Below the pieces are notes generated by a model. The model made no database searches, had not been told where the DNA came from, and saw only the letters and a list, made by a program, of their open reading frames with translations. Below are positions 8,867-18,268 of a stretch of DNA of 64,000 bases, piece by piece (the first letter of the stretch is position 1; every line of letters begins with the position of its first letter). The position numbers and the translations under genes were made by a program. The stretch is from a virus (taxonomy: Duplodnaviria; Heunggongvirae; Uroviricota; Caudoviricetes): the IMG/VR virus record IMGVR_UViG_3300028602_000005, positions 146,137 to 210,136 of that record. One strand, written 5' to 3'.

Positions 8867-8944
8867 TTCCTAGGGAGGAGCACGCACCTAAACAAAAAAC
8901 AGCAAATAAAGAACAGCAACAGCAAATAATATTTAAAAATTTAA

Positions 8945-9035
8945 AAATAAAGGGAAATAATTGAAAAAGGTTTTTCTTAAACACTATATGTCGAATATGT
9001 ATATGATGTAACCCTTTTCCACACCACCTTTATTT
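8945..9035 (-). ncRNA. Y-RNA-like unit displaying a T-loop-like hairpin
   Basis: Near copy of 8601-8690 with the loop replaced by AUA-UUCGACA-UAU; 9-bp terminal stem. Confidence 0.75.
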
Positions 9036-9067
9036 AAAAAATTTAAAAATAAATTTAACTTCAAATA

Positions 9068-9151
9068 TTCATATATATAGCTAATTTATTTTAAATGAAA
9101 ATTTTAAATAAAAAACTAATTAAATACTTTTTCAAAAACTAATATATATAA
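9068..9151 (-). promoter_or_regulatory. Two tandem putative early promoters (TATATATAT motif) facing the Y RNA/Ro operon
   Basis: Minus-strand CTATATATATGAA (9068-9080) and TTATATATATTAG (9139-9151); the motif recurs upstream of five other genes. Confidence 0.55.
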
Positions 9152-9221
9152 TATTTTAATTTAAAATGGAAATATTATTTTTTTTATTTAAATAACAACA
9201 AATTACTTTTTATAAAAATTT

Positions 9222-9986
9222 TTAAAATAAAGCAGTTCCACAATTACTACAGAATTTATTATTTGTATTCATTTTTTTACCACATGTTTCACAAATCATT
9301 TTATCTTGTGTAGTAATTGAAATCATAACTTTTTTATTTTCTTTATATCCCAATAATTTAAAGATTATAATTGTTTTTTCTTTTTCAAGTTTTCCAACAC
9401 TTAATGATACAAATTTTTGATCTGATTTATTACCATTTACTGTAATTCCATCACCATATTCTATTTTAGAATTATCAATATTGGATTGTATTGTATGACA
9501 ACACATTTCAGAAATTGGTGGAGTTAAATTAGAACTATTGAAATATTCATCATATGTATTATTATTACCTAATCTTCTAGATGGATCAAAAGAATCCCTA
9601 AAATTAAAATGATGGATTTCTTTTTCTTCAAAAGAAACTTCTATTCTAATTAAACCGTCTTCAATATTATCACCTCTATAATCAGAAATTTCTTTTGTCT
9701 TTTCAATGAATTTAAATTTGTTTCTTACACCAGATTTTGAATCATCCATAAATCCTTCAAAATCAATAGAATCTCCATTAGAACCATATTTTTCTAATAA
9801 GAGTCCTGTTCCGTTTAAAACATCGTTTCCATCAATTGCTATTTTAACAACTGCCCTTCGATCATTAAGATTTTTTAAAGAAATAACATATTCTGAACCA
9901 AAAGGTATAAATACATTATCTCCTTTTTCTCTTAAGACTTTTCCATCTACTTTTAAAACCGCTACAAATTTATTACTGTACATCAT
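9222..9986 (-). CDS. Hypothetical protein with C-terminal zinc ribbon
   Basis: Ends CETCG...NKFCSNCG; beta-rich N-terminal domain; AGGAG SD. Confidence 0.75.
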   Translation of the reverse strand: MMYSNKFVAVLKVDGKVLREKGDNVFIPFGSEYVISLKNLNDRRAVVKIAIDGNDVLNGTGLLLEKYGSNGDSIDFEGFMDDSKSGVRNKFKFIEKTKEISDYRGDNIEDGLIRIEVSFEEKEIHHFNFRDSFDPSRRLGNNNTYDEYFNSSNLTPPISEMCCHTIQSNIDNSKIEYGDGITVNGNKSDQKFVSLSVGKLEKEKTIIIFKLLGYKENKKVMISITTQDKMICETCGKKMNTNNKFCSNCGTALF

Positions 9987-10000
9987 ATTCTTCTCCTTTT

Positions 10001-10054
10001 AAATGCCTCCGACTTTGGCATTTGATTTAATTTTTTTTATTTTTTAAAGTCGGA
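10001..10054 (-). promoter_or_regulatory. Putative pseudoknot or switch in the 5' leader
   Basis: The loop of hairpin AAAUGCC-[AAAGUCGGA]-GGCAUUU is fully complementary to upstream UCCGACUUU; abuts the SD. Confidence 0.5.
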
Positions 10055-10168
10055 TATTTTTAAATTTCTTATTTTCGCATTTACTTTTTATCCATTTTTA
10101 TTTTAAAAAATATAAAAATAGATAAATTTTATGTTTTGTTCTATATTTTTTTAAAAATATTTAAAATC

Positions 10169-11332
10169 CTAAAATTCTATATTATTGATCCACTCTTTAG
10201 GAGGTGTATTTTCAAATTTATATAATTTATTTTTAATTCGTTCGAACTTTGGATCATTTTTAGAGTGAGGATTTTCTTCAATATTTTTCATTAATTTTCT
10301 AAATTCTTCTATGTTTTCTTTTAAATCATTAGTACTATTAGAAAGAGAAGTATCCATTTCATCTATATCTTTATTATATATATTTTTATCTAGATCTTTT
10401 TGATTTATAACATCTTTACAATAATTAAAAATATTTATTAAATATTCTTCACTCTTATCGAATTTTAGTTCGATATACCAATTATATACTGGTGAAATTG
10501 TCAATTCACTACTTAAAAGTTCAGAAACATATATAATATTTTCATCATTCATTAATTTAATTGTATTTTCGATCATACCTGTCGGAATAGGATGAAAAAA
10601 AGAATTTGGAAATATTGGATCTCCTTCAAAACATATATTAAATAATTGTCTAAAAATATCTTTTAAAGCAACTTTAAATTTTTTATCATCTTGTAAATGA
10701 CAATGTAAAGATATAATTTCTTTTAAATTAAAACCTTTTTTAAAAGCTTCTGTTTCTAAAAAACCTTTTCGTATTATATTTTCTAAAATAAAACCTCTAT
10801 TTTTAATCTTTTTTATTTTATTATTTTTAAATAATATTAAACAATAAGAATCTAAAGAACCTAAAATCATTTCTGTAGTAGTTGAATACAAATTAAAATA
10901 TATTTGAAGTAATATTTTAAGTTGATTTAGGGTTATTACTTCTCCTTCTTCAACAGAATCAATAATAAGAAAAACTTCAAAAGGATAAAATATAGGTTGA
11001 AGGAATGTTTCTTCTAAATCTCTATAACAATATTTTTTCTTTGGATCATAAAAATATGACATTGATGTTAAATATATCGTCATAAGAGAATTAAAAGACA
11101 TTCGTTTTTTTTCATTATAACCTTTAATATATTTATTCAATTTTTTTTCAAATTTTGAAAAATCGAATATTTTATTTTCTTTAAGAATATTATATTCATC
11201 TAATAAAATTTTTTCAAGTTCAATTGAATCCTTTAATGAATTATATTCACCTAAATTTCTATTTTTGTTAAAATAAATTTCTGAAAGTACTAAATCTCCT
11301 ATTTTTCTTTCTATTGCATTATCAAGCTTCAT
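10169..11332 (-). CDS. Hypothetical protein
   Basis: 387 aa ORF preceded by a TTAGAACA motif (11386-11393). Confidence 0.7.
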   Translation of the reverse strand: MKLDNAIERKIGDLVLSEIYFNKNRNLGEYNSLKDSIELEKILLDEYNILKENKIFDFSKFEKKLNKYIKGYNEKKRMSFNSLMTIYLTSMSYFYDPKKKYCYRDLEETFLQPIFYPFEVFLIIDSVEEGEVITLNQLKILLQIYFNLYSTTTEMILGSLDSYCLILFKNNKIKKIKNRGFILENIIRKGFLETEAFKKGFNLKEIISLHCHLQDDKKFKVALKDIFRQLFNICFEGDPIFPNSFFHPIPTGMIENTIKLMNDENIIYVSELLSSELTISPVYNWYIELKFDKSEEYLINIFNYCKDVINQKDLDKNIYNKDIDEMDTSLSNSTNDLKENIEEFRKLMKNIEENPHSKNDPKFERIKNKLYKFENTPPKEWINNIEF

Positions 11333-11402
11333 AAACTAAAATCCTTTATTTTTATTTTTAAATTTTGTTGTTAAAATAAAAAAAATGTTCTAAATAAATT
11401 TT

Positions 11403-11443
11403 ATAAAGGATGAATCTCCTAATATCAGAGATTCATCCTTTAT
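11403..11443 (-). terminator. Intrinsic terminator
   Basis: ATAAAGGATGAATCTC/GAGATTCATCCTTTAT inverted repeat after 11459..12196. Confidence 0.75.
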
Positions 11444-11458
11444 TTTTAATTATTTATA

Positions 11459-12196
11459 TTATGATACCATTCTTCTATCTATTTCCTTCAAAATAATATT
11501 TTTAGGAATTAAGTTAATAATTTTCTTTGCAAATTTTACGAATCCGTTATTTGAAATTACATCATCAACATGTTCATTTGTTTTATTTAAAATTACATCA
11601 TCAAAATGTTCATTTATTAAAGAATTTTCTAATCTATCATTAAAATATGTTTTCCTTTCAAAATCATAATTCATTGCTCTTTCTGAAAGAGAATATTTAA
11701 AATACTTACTTCGATCATCTATTTCTATAATTCCTCTTTCTTCTAATGGCTTTAAAATATTTGTAATTACTGCTTGAGGAACAACATATTTTCTACAATA
11801 GTGTCCCGTTGAAGGTGAATAATATGAAGTAGAACTATTTCCGATTCCAGAAACAATATCCCTCCTCATTGACCTTGGAAAATATTTTAAATATAATATT
11901 ATTAAAAAGTCAATAGAGTTTATGGAAACTATAGAATTTTTAAAATAAAATCCACATAATATATCTTCAGATAAAATTATTTTTAATTCGTTTATTCCTT
12001 TTTCTGTAGGATAGTATTTTTCACCTTTCTTTTCGATAAATCCTATCTTTCGTAAAAGATAAACAACCATATCAACATTTTTATCATTGTCTCCAACACA
12101 AACAACATATTGATCTAGATCCTGATGATTTATTCCGTTGTTTTGAATGATTCCTTCCCAAGTCTCAGTAAAATAAGCGTAATTGTTTCTAGACAT
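11459..12196 (-). CDS. Putative tandem winged-helix DNA-binding protein
   Basis: LRKIGFIEKKGEKYYPTEKG and LEERGIIE...KYSLSER wing motifs. Confidence 0.6.
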   Translation of the reverse strand: MSRNNYAYFTETWEGIIQNNGINHQDLDQYVVCVGDNDKNVDMVVYLLRKIGFIEKKGEKYYPTEKGINELKIILSEDILCGFYFKNSIVSINSIDFLIILYLKYFPRSMRRDIVSGIGNSSTSYYSPSTGHYCRKYVVPQAVITNILKPLEERGIIEIDDRSKYFKYSLSERAMNYDFERKTYFNDRLENSLINEHFDDVILNKTNEHVDDVISNNGFVKFAKKIINLIPKNIILKEIDRRMVS

Positions 12197-12226
12197 CCCT
12201 AAATCAATTCTCCTTCAATAAGTATT

Positions 12227-12727
12227 TTATGCTTCTCTAATTCTGTAATGAACATCTATATTTATACCATAATTACAAAATTTTTTTAATTCATTAAATA
12301 AAGATTTTCGAATAATATCGAAAAAAACACCCCATTTACCATCGCCAAATGACCAATATACATCTTCTGTTTCATAAATTTTCATTTTAATTTTTTTAGT
12401 ATCTTTTTGAGATTTAAGAAAATATTCAATAACATATTCTTCATTTATTTCCAAATCTCCCCAATATTTTTTCAAATAACAATAAGTAGGTTTGTTTGTT
12501 TCTTTATTAATAAGAAGTCTATTATGATTTTTAGATATTTTAAATATAGAAACTGGACTAGAAAAGAATGGTTTTTCATTTAAGTCTTTCCATGCTTTCT
12601 CACAAACTTTACAGGGAAATTCCCAATAACCATAATAATCCAAATTTCCTTTTCCGAATGTCATTGATCCACATATTCCTGTTGATGCACCACAGTCTGA
12701 ATCACCACATCCAAAATTTTTTCCCAT
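12227..12727 (-). CDS. Hypothetical protein with Cys-rich N-terminus
   Basis: CGDSDC...C...PCKVC, possible Zn site. Confidence 0.6.
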   Translation of the reverse strand: MGKNFGCGDSDCGASTGICGSMTFGKGNLDYYGYWEFPCKVCEKAWKDLNEKPFFSSPVSIFKISKNHNRLLINKETNKPTYCYLKKYWGDLEINEEYVIEYFLKSQKDTKKIKMKIYETEDVYWSFGDGKWGVFFDIIRKSLFNELKKFCNYGINIDVHYRIREA

Positions 12728-13455
12728 TACATTATAACCCCCATTCTTTTATTTACTTCGTACATTAAATCTGTACTTGAAAATTCACTTAAGAATAGGC
12801 GAGGGTTTTGACTTATAAATTTTTTGAAAGGTTCAAGTAACTTATAAATATCTTTTTCATTGATTTGAAGGTTTTTATTAGAATCTTCATCTTTTTTATT
12901 TTCTATTTTCCTTTCAATCCCATTATTTTCTTCATTAATCACATCTAAGGTATGTGGTGTAAAAAAGAGACAAATGCATTTTAAAGTATAAGAAGGATTC
13001 TTATTTCTTGTGGCATAAAATACATTATAAGAATGTATCATAGCAGTAACGCAATTATCTATATAACATCCCATGTTTTCCGATAAATTTATTATTTTCT
13101 TAATTTCCGGTTTACATATACCAGGAATGTATTTAACTATTAAGAAAATTAAAAAATACATCGAATTTACATAGATTCCACAAATCTTCCCATTTTTATT
13201 CAATTTTCTCAAAAGAGAATTTATTTCTTTTTTCCCTTTTTCTGTAGAATAAAATTTTTCATCATGCATATCAATCAATTTGAATTTAAGGAGAATATTT
13301 AATATTACATTTGTAATAGATGTTTTGAATAAATCACTATTACCACATTTAAAATTGACAGTTTCAAGAATATCTCTAAATGTTACATTTCCATAAGAAT
13401 CAATAACTTCCCACATTTCTTTAAACGGAACAAAAACTTTAAAATCTTTTTTCAT
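12727..13455 (-). CDS. Putative winged-helix protein (paralogue of 11459..12196)
   Basis: LLKFKLID...FYSTEKG; shared ICG.Y, FLI.L.LKY.P and E..RRM elements. Confidence 0.6.
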   Translation of the reverse strand: MKKDFKVFVPFKEMWEVIDSYGNVTFRDILETVNFKCGNSDLFKTSITNVILNILLKFKLIDMHDEKFYSTEKGKKEINSLLRKLNKNGKICGIYVNSMYFLIFLIVKYIPGICKPEIKKIINLSENMGCYIDNCVTAMIHSYNVFYATRNKNPSYTLKCICLFFTPHTLDVINEENNGIERKIENKKDEDSNKNLQINEKDIYKLLEPFKKFISQNPRLFLSEFSSTDLMYEVNKRMGVIM

Positions 13456-13485
13456 AACATTAATCTCCTTTTTTTAAAAAAAAGT

Positions 13486-13515
13486 AATAGCCCCCATAAT
13501 TCAATGAGGGCTATT
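13486..13515 (-). terminator. Intrinsic terminator
   Basis: AATAGCCC/GGGCTATT stem, followed on the minus strand by a T-run. Confidence 0.7.
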
Positions 13516-13527
13516 CTTTGTTGTATA

Positions 13528-14265
13528 TTATTCTGACAGATCTTTCATAATCGCTTTAATTCTCATTATCTTTTCTAAATCCCTTTTCATTTCTGCATTC
13601 TCCCTCTTCAGTCGAGTGTTTTCCTCTAAGAGAATACTGTTAACTTTCATATTGTTAGTAATTATTTTTGCAAGATTTTCCAAAATCGGCGTTGTTGATT
13701 TGTTGTTAGCAATGAGTGTTTGAATAGATCTCATTGCTTCTTCTCTGTTTTTAATCGTATTAGAAGCAGTTTCTATAACTTCCTCTGTTGCTTTCTCAAC
13801 CTCAAGTATGTTTCTTTCGATATGAGACATAATTAGATTGTCAGGGTTAGGATAATATCTGTATTGTTTTGAAACACCCTGTACCATAATATCCTTTTTT
13901 TGCTTCAGTACAACTAAAGCACCGATGATTTTTTTCTTTTTAAAATTGGTCATATGGAATAGTTCTTCGACCGTATGTCCTGGATTAATCTCTATGAAAA
14001 ATCTCATGAGAAAATTAAAAGTTTCGGTTGATCTACCAAACCGAACTTCTATATTTCTCATTTCATTTTTCCCTCTTGATGTAATGTAAATTTTTTCATC
14101 CTTTTTTATTGCGATGAATCCGGCTTTTTTGTGAAGTTCAATTATCACATGTTGTGCATTTGAATCACCTTTTACGTTATTTATTATTGTTTCTTCTGTT
14201 GTTGTTTCATTTAATGAAATAAACGATAAAACACCTAATACTGGAAAAATAAATCTGTCAGCCAT
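13528..14265 (-). CDS. Putative winged-helix protein with C-terminal coiled coil
   Basis: KKAGFIA...IYITSRG wing motif; start moved to MADRF because the track's start overlaps a GAGGAGG SD. Confidence 0.6.
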   Translation of the reverse strand: MADRFIFPVLGVLSFISLNETTTEETIINNVKGDSNAQHVIIELHKKAGFIAIKKDEKIYITSRGKNEMRNIEVRFGRSTETFNFLMRFFIEINPGHTVEELFHMTNFKKKKIIGALVVLKQKKDIMVQGVSKQYRYYPNPDNLIMSHIERNILEVEKATEEVIETASNTIKNREEAMRSIQTLIANNKSTTPILENLAKIITNNMKVNSILLEENTRLKRENAEMKRDLEKIMRIKAIMKDLSE

Positions 14266-14317
14266 AAAATTTTGCCTCCTCATTTTATTTAAAAAAATAA
14301 TAAAATCTCCTCAAAGA

Positions 14318-14370
14318 TTAATATATATAGTTAATTAATTTTAACTAGAATTTTTTAGAACAAAATAATA
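14318..14370. promoter_or_regulatory. Divergent early (leftward) and late (rightward) promoter pair
   Basis: Minus CTATATATATTAA at 14318-14330; plus TTAGAACA-AAATAA-TA at 14355-14370. Confidence 0.6.
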
Positions 14371-14408
14371 AGTCAAGATACCATACTGTAAAAAGGACAA
14401 AAAAATAT

Positions 14409-15071
14409 ATGGAAGAAAGTAAAATTTCAGATGTAGTGAAAATTTATGATTATTATGATTTCTATGATGGGTTTTTTAAGGAATTAAATTCATTTAGAAA
14501 AAAAACCCCAGATAATATTGTAGAGATGTATGAAGTAGATGAAAACGGTAAAGAAAATCTTGTTTATAGAACACATAATTTAGTGGTTTATAATGGGAGA
14601 CAATTAGCGGCATCAAGAATGTTTAATACCAATAATGAAAATATTACAGCAACAGCATCTGAATTTATTTATTGGGTAGGTTTAGGAACAGGTGGTTGTC
14701 CTGTGGGTGATCCTTTATCGCCAACTTCCCCCACTAATTCAGATACTGATTTAGAAAATTCTATAGGTATTAGTACAGATTCTACCTGTGCTGATTTTCT
14801 TGATCCTTATTATTATAAAAAACCTATAGATAGTGTTGAATTTGAAGAAGATGAAAATAATAGTAATTCTTATTTAATTACAAAAGTGACAATTACAATT
14901 CAAGGTGGAGAAGCAAATGGAAATAATATTAACGAACTTGGATTATTCGCAGCAGCAAGCAATGAGGGAGGTTATTCTGGTAATTTTACTCTTTATGCAA
15001 GGGTCACTTTCCCATCTTTAGTAAAAACTTCTTCAAAAATATACCGATTCATATGGTATTTATTTTTTTAA
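14409..15071 (+). CDS. Tail/baseplate-associated structural protein (tail-fibre anchor like)
   Basis: HNLVVYNGR, GLGTGG, INELGLF and YARVTFP motifs; directly before the sheath gene. Confidence 0.6.
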   Translation: MEESKISDVVKIYDYYDFYDGFFKELNSFRKKTPDNIVEMYEVDENGKENLVYRTHNLVVYNGRQLAASRMFNTNNENITATASEFIYWVGLGTGGCPVGDPLSPTSPTNSDTDLENSIGISTDSTCADFLDPYYYKKPIDSVEFEEDENNSNSYLITKVTITIQGGEANGNNINELGLFAAASNEGGYSGNFTLYARVTFPSLVKTSSKIYRFIWYLFF

Positions 15072-15104
15072 ATTTTAGAGAATTAATTTGGAGGATTAAT
15101 TAAA

Positions 15105-17087
15105 ATGATACATGTAGCTCCTGGTGTATATACAAAACTTAAAAGTATTGCTTCTTACGTTCAAGAAGTTCCTTCAACGATTGGTTGTATTTGTGCCTTA
15201 ACAGATAAAGGCCCAGATAATCAATTTTTGATGTATTCAAGTAAAGAAGAATTGATTAATGTATTTGGTAAACCAAATATGCCATTTTATGGAAGATTTT
15301 ATGGACAAGGAATGCATTGTGCCATAAATTTTCTAGGCGAATCAAGTTCTTTATATTTCCAAAGATGTTTACCAAATGACGCCACTTTTGCAAATTTAAA
15401 AATAAGTGCGTCTTTAGCTGATGCTGATGCTACTGCTTCAATTGTTTTAAGTTATGTTTCAAGCGCAAATACAGTGGCAGAATTAAAAACAGCTTTAGTT
15501 TCAGAATCAACAAGTTATCCGCTTTGTATTTTAAGACCAATTGGAAGAGGTCAATATTACAATTCAATTTCTGTTAGAATTACAGAACACGCAAATCCTA
15601 TGTATAATGGTGTTTATATTTTAGATATTTATGAAAAACAACCAGATGGTGATGATGTTATTGTAGAATCATTTGAAGTTTCTTTCGATCCTACAGCGAT
15701 TTCAGCTTTTGGTGATTCATTATATATAGAATATATTTTAGAAACATATTCAAATATCCTCAGAGCAGAAACCCTTCTTGCTTCAGGAGAATATGCTACT
15801 GGATATGATACTTTATTTAAAGTATTTGATAAAAACATAGGTGTCGTTTCTTTAGTTTTAACAGATGGTTCAGCTACCTTAACAGACGATAAACAAGATT
15901 TTTCTGATTGGCAAGATACTGATGAAAGTGAAGTGGCGGTATATATGATTATCGCCAAAGATTCTAAAGGAAATAAAATTTATGGTTGGTTAGGTGATGC
16001 TGGCGGTTCAGAATATGATACTATAAATGTTTTTAATGAAAGAAATCTTTCTACTGCTACAAGAGGATGGTCAGGATCTACTTCTTTATTTGATTCAGAC
16101 GATCTTTCAATTTCTTATGAAATTAAAAAAGCAGATACTTCTGTTTATTCAGCATTTACAAGTTCTAATCCTATTCCTCTTAAAAAGGGAAGCGAAGGAA
16201 CACTTTTAACAGCCAATGGTTCTTTAGATACAACAGTTGCAAAAGCAACATTAGTGAGTGCTTTTCAAGGAAGTTTAACAAATCCAATTAGCGGAGAAAC
16301 AGAAGATTCAATTCTTGATATTGATAATATTTATTTCAGTATGGTTTTTGATTGTGGTTATGAAAGTGATGTTAAAACAGCTATAAGTACTCTTGTCACA
16401 ACAAGAGATGATTGTGTGGCACTTATAGATAATGGATTTAATGCAAATTATAACGCAGCAATATCATCAAGAACAGATACTCATGTTTACAATAATTATT
16501 ATACCGCTTTATATGAAGGATATAGTAGAGTATATGATTCATATATCGGTCAAGATATTTGGGTTTCACCAATTTATCATATGGCTTATTTAGCTCCAAG
16601 AAATGATCGAATTGCTTCACTTTATAAAGCAATTGCTGGATTTAATAGAACAGCAATTGATTCGATTAAAGAATTGAAGTTTAATCCAAAACTTGGGCAA
16701 AGAGATCAATTATATTTAAAACAGGTTAACCCAATTATTAAATTACCTCAAGGGTATGCTCCTTATAGTCAATTAACTACATATTTTAAAGCCGGTCCAA
16801 TGCAAGACCTCAATGTTGTTAGAACTTATCTTTATATTAAAAAGGCTTTAAAAGAGTATGCCAATGGTTTTATTTTTGAAGATAATAATGAATTTACATG
16901 GGGAGATGTTAGAAAAGAAATAAAATTATTCTTAGATAGAGTTAAAGATGAAAGAGGTTTATATTCATATGAATTAGAAGTTTCAGCTACAGAATATGAA
17001 AAGAAAACAAAACAATTCCATGTTGATGTTACCTTAGAAGCTATGAGAACAGTTGAGAAAATCAATATTAATTTCTATATGAAATAA
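15105..17087 (+). CDS. Tail sheath protein
   Basis: APGVY, KGP, LINVFGKP at the N-terminus; AGFNR, LYLKQVNPI, LNVVR, FIFEDN and EKININF at the C-terminus. Confidence 0.92.
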   Translation: MIHVAPGVYTKLKSIASYVQEVPSTIGCICALTDKGPDNQFLMYSSKEELINVFGKPNMPFYGRFYGQGMHCAINFLGESSSLYFQRCLPNDATFANLKISASLADADATASIVLSYVSSANTVAELKTALVSESTSYPLCILRPIGRGQYYNSISVRITEHANPMYNGVYILDIYEKQPDGDDVIVESFEVSFDPTAISAFGDSLYIEYILETYSNILRAETLLASGEYATGYDTLFKVFDKNIGVVSLVLTDGSATLTDDKQDFSDWQDTDESEVAVYMIIAKDSKGNKIYGWLGDAGGSEYDTINVFNERNLSTATRGWSGSTSLFDSDDLSISYEIKKADTSVYSAFTSSNPIPLKKGSEGTLLTANGSLDTTVAKATLVSAFQGSLTNPISGETEDSILDIDNIYFSMVFDCGYESDVKTAISTLVTTRDDCVALIDNGFNANYNAAISSRTDTHVYNNYYTALYEGYSRVYDSYIGQDIWVSPIYHMAYLAPRNDRIASLYKAIAGFNRTAIDSIKELKFNPKLGQRDQLYLKQVNPIIKLPQGYAPYSQLTTYFKAGPMQDLNVVRTYLYIKKALKEYANGFIFEDNNEFTWGDVRKEIKLFLDRVKDERGLYSYELEVSATEYEKKTKQFHVDVTLEAMRTVEKININFYMK

Positions 17088-17097
17088 AACAAATAAA

Positions 17098-17139
17098 AAA
17101 AAATAAGGGAATGGTAAATATATCATTCCCTTATTTTTT
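17098..17139. terminator. Bidirectional intrinsic terminator
   Basis: A-run ATAAGGGAATG/CATTCCCTTAT T-run between convergent genes. Confidence 0.8.
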
Positions 17140-17146
17140 ACGTTAA

Positions 17147-17704
17147 TTAGATTTTTTTAAATCCTGCCTGTTTTATAAATTCTTCAAAATTTTCAATATT
17201 TATATCATCATTCTCATAAAGCCTGAAGATAAATATTGTTAAAAATTTATAATACTCCTCGTAATTAAAATTTGATATTTCTCCCATCTGTTTTACTAAA
17301 TAAAATAAACCCATTAAAAATATATAAGAAAAGAATTCTATATTATTTTCATCATTTTCAATAAAAATCTTATCGATAAATTCGTACAATTCTTTATCTA
17401 TTTCAATAAGTTGAAAGTTTTTAGGTCTTTTACGTCTTCCCTCAAACATTAAATCTTCTAAAAATTTTTCAAATTGAAAATTAAATTCTTCTTTATCTTT
17501 AGATTCAAAAAATCTGGGATATAAATTTTTCAAAAATAAAATAAGATGATAATCAAAAAACATGAAAAAAGGTGTTTCGTTTAATTTATCACCATTCTTA
17601 AAATATTTTGGTATTAATTCAGTTGAAAAAGAATTCATTTTTTTAAACATTTCAGAAGTATTTTCTAAAACCATTACTCCATTTTTTGTAAGTTCTCTTT
17701 GCAT
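17147..17704 (-). CDS. Hypothetical protein
   Basis: 185 aa ORF with AAGGA SD. Confidence 0.65.
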   Translation of the reverse strand: MQRELTKNGVMVLENTSEMFKKMNSFSTELIPKYFKNGDKLNETPFFMFFDYHLILFLKNLYPRFFESKDKEEFNFQFEKFLEDLMFEGRRKRPKNFQLIEIDKELYEFIDKIFIENDENNIEFFSYIFLMGLFYLVKQMGEISNFNYEEYYKFLTIFIFRLYENDDINIENFEEFIKQAGFKKI

Positions 17705-17731
17705 AATAATAAAAATCCTTTCGTATAATTA

Positions 17732-18268
17732 TTATAATTTTACTTCAATTTTTTTATGAGGAATATCCATTTTATCTAAAAAATCACATACTTCTTTGTG
17801 AAGATTTAAAGTTTTTACAGCTTGTTTTTTCGCTGTTTTATTTAATCCACCTTTATATAGTGTGATTGCCTTTAAAATATTATTATCGGCATATTTAAGT
17901 TTATCTTTTAAGATTCTACACCCATATAAAATATCTACATCAGGATATATGACTGTTGCCCAAGGAGTTTGCATATATCCCACATAACCCTTATTTGAAA
18001 TAACATCGCTTCTAAAGGATGATTCTGTATAAATAAGAGTACAAATTAAAGATGATGGGATGCCAGTAGCTTTAGAAGCAACTACAATAGGCTTAACTAA
18101 TTCAGAAATTTTCTTTTCATTTACTTCTAAATAATAAAGACTTCCCAATGTTTCCCTAAATGTGTTATCAAAATTTAATTCTGAATTTGATGATATAGTT
18201 GACATAGGAGTAAATATTGTAAAAATTAAACATGAAATTAATATAAAAAATATTTTCATTTCATCCAC
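17732..18268 (-). CDS. Soluble lytic transglycosylase (SLT) with N-terminal signal or anchor
   Basis: TESSF catalytic Glu, GYMQ, AITLYKGG; hydrophobic N-terminus. Confidence 0.85.
   Translation of the reverse strand: MDEMKIFFILISCLIFTIFTPMSTISSNSELNFDNTFRETLGSLYYLEVNEKKISELVKPIVVASKATGIPSSLICTLIYTESSFRSDVISNKGYVGYMQTPWATVIYPDVDILYGCRILKDKLKYADNNILKAITLYKGGLNKTAKKQAVKTLNLHKEVCDFLDKMDIPHKKIEVKL

Noticed and set aside
8454-9035. CRISPR array
   Set aside because: The repeated parts are degenerate, enclose self-pairing inserts and are irregularly spaced; no cas genes are present.
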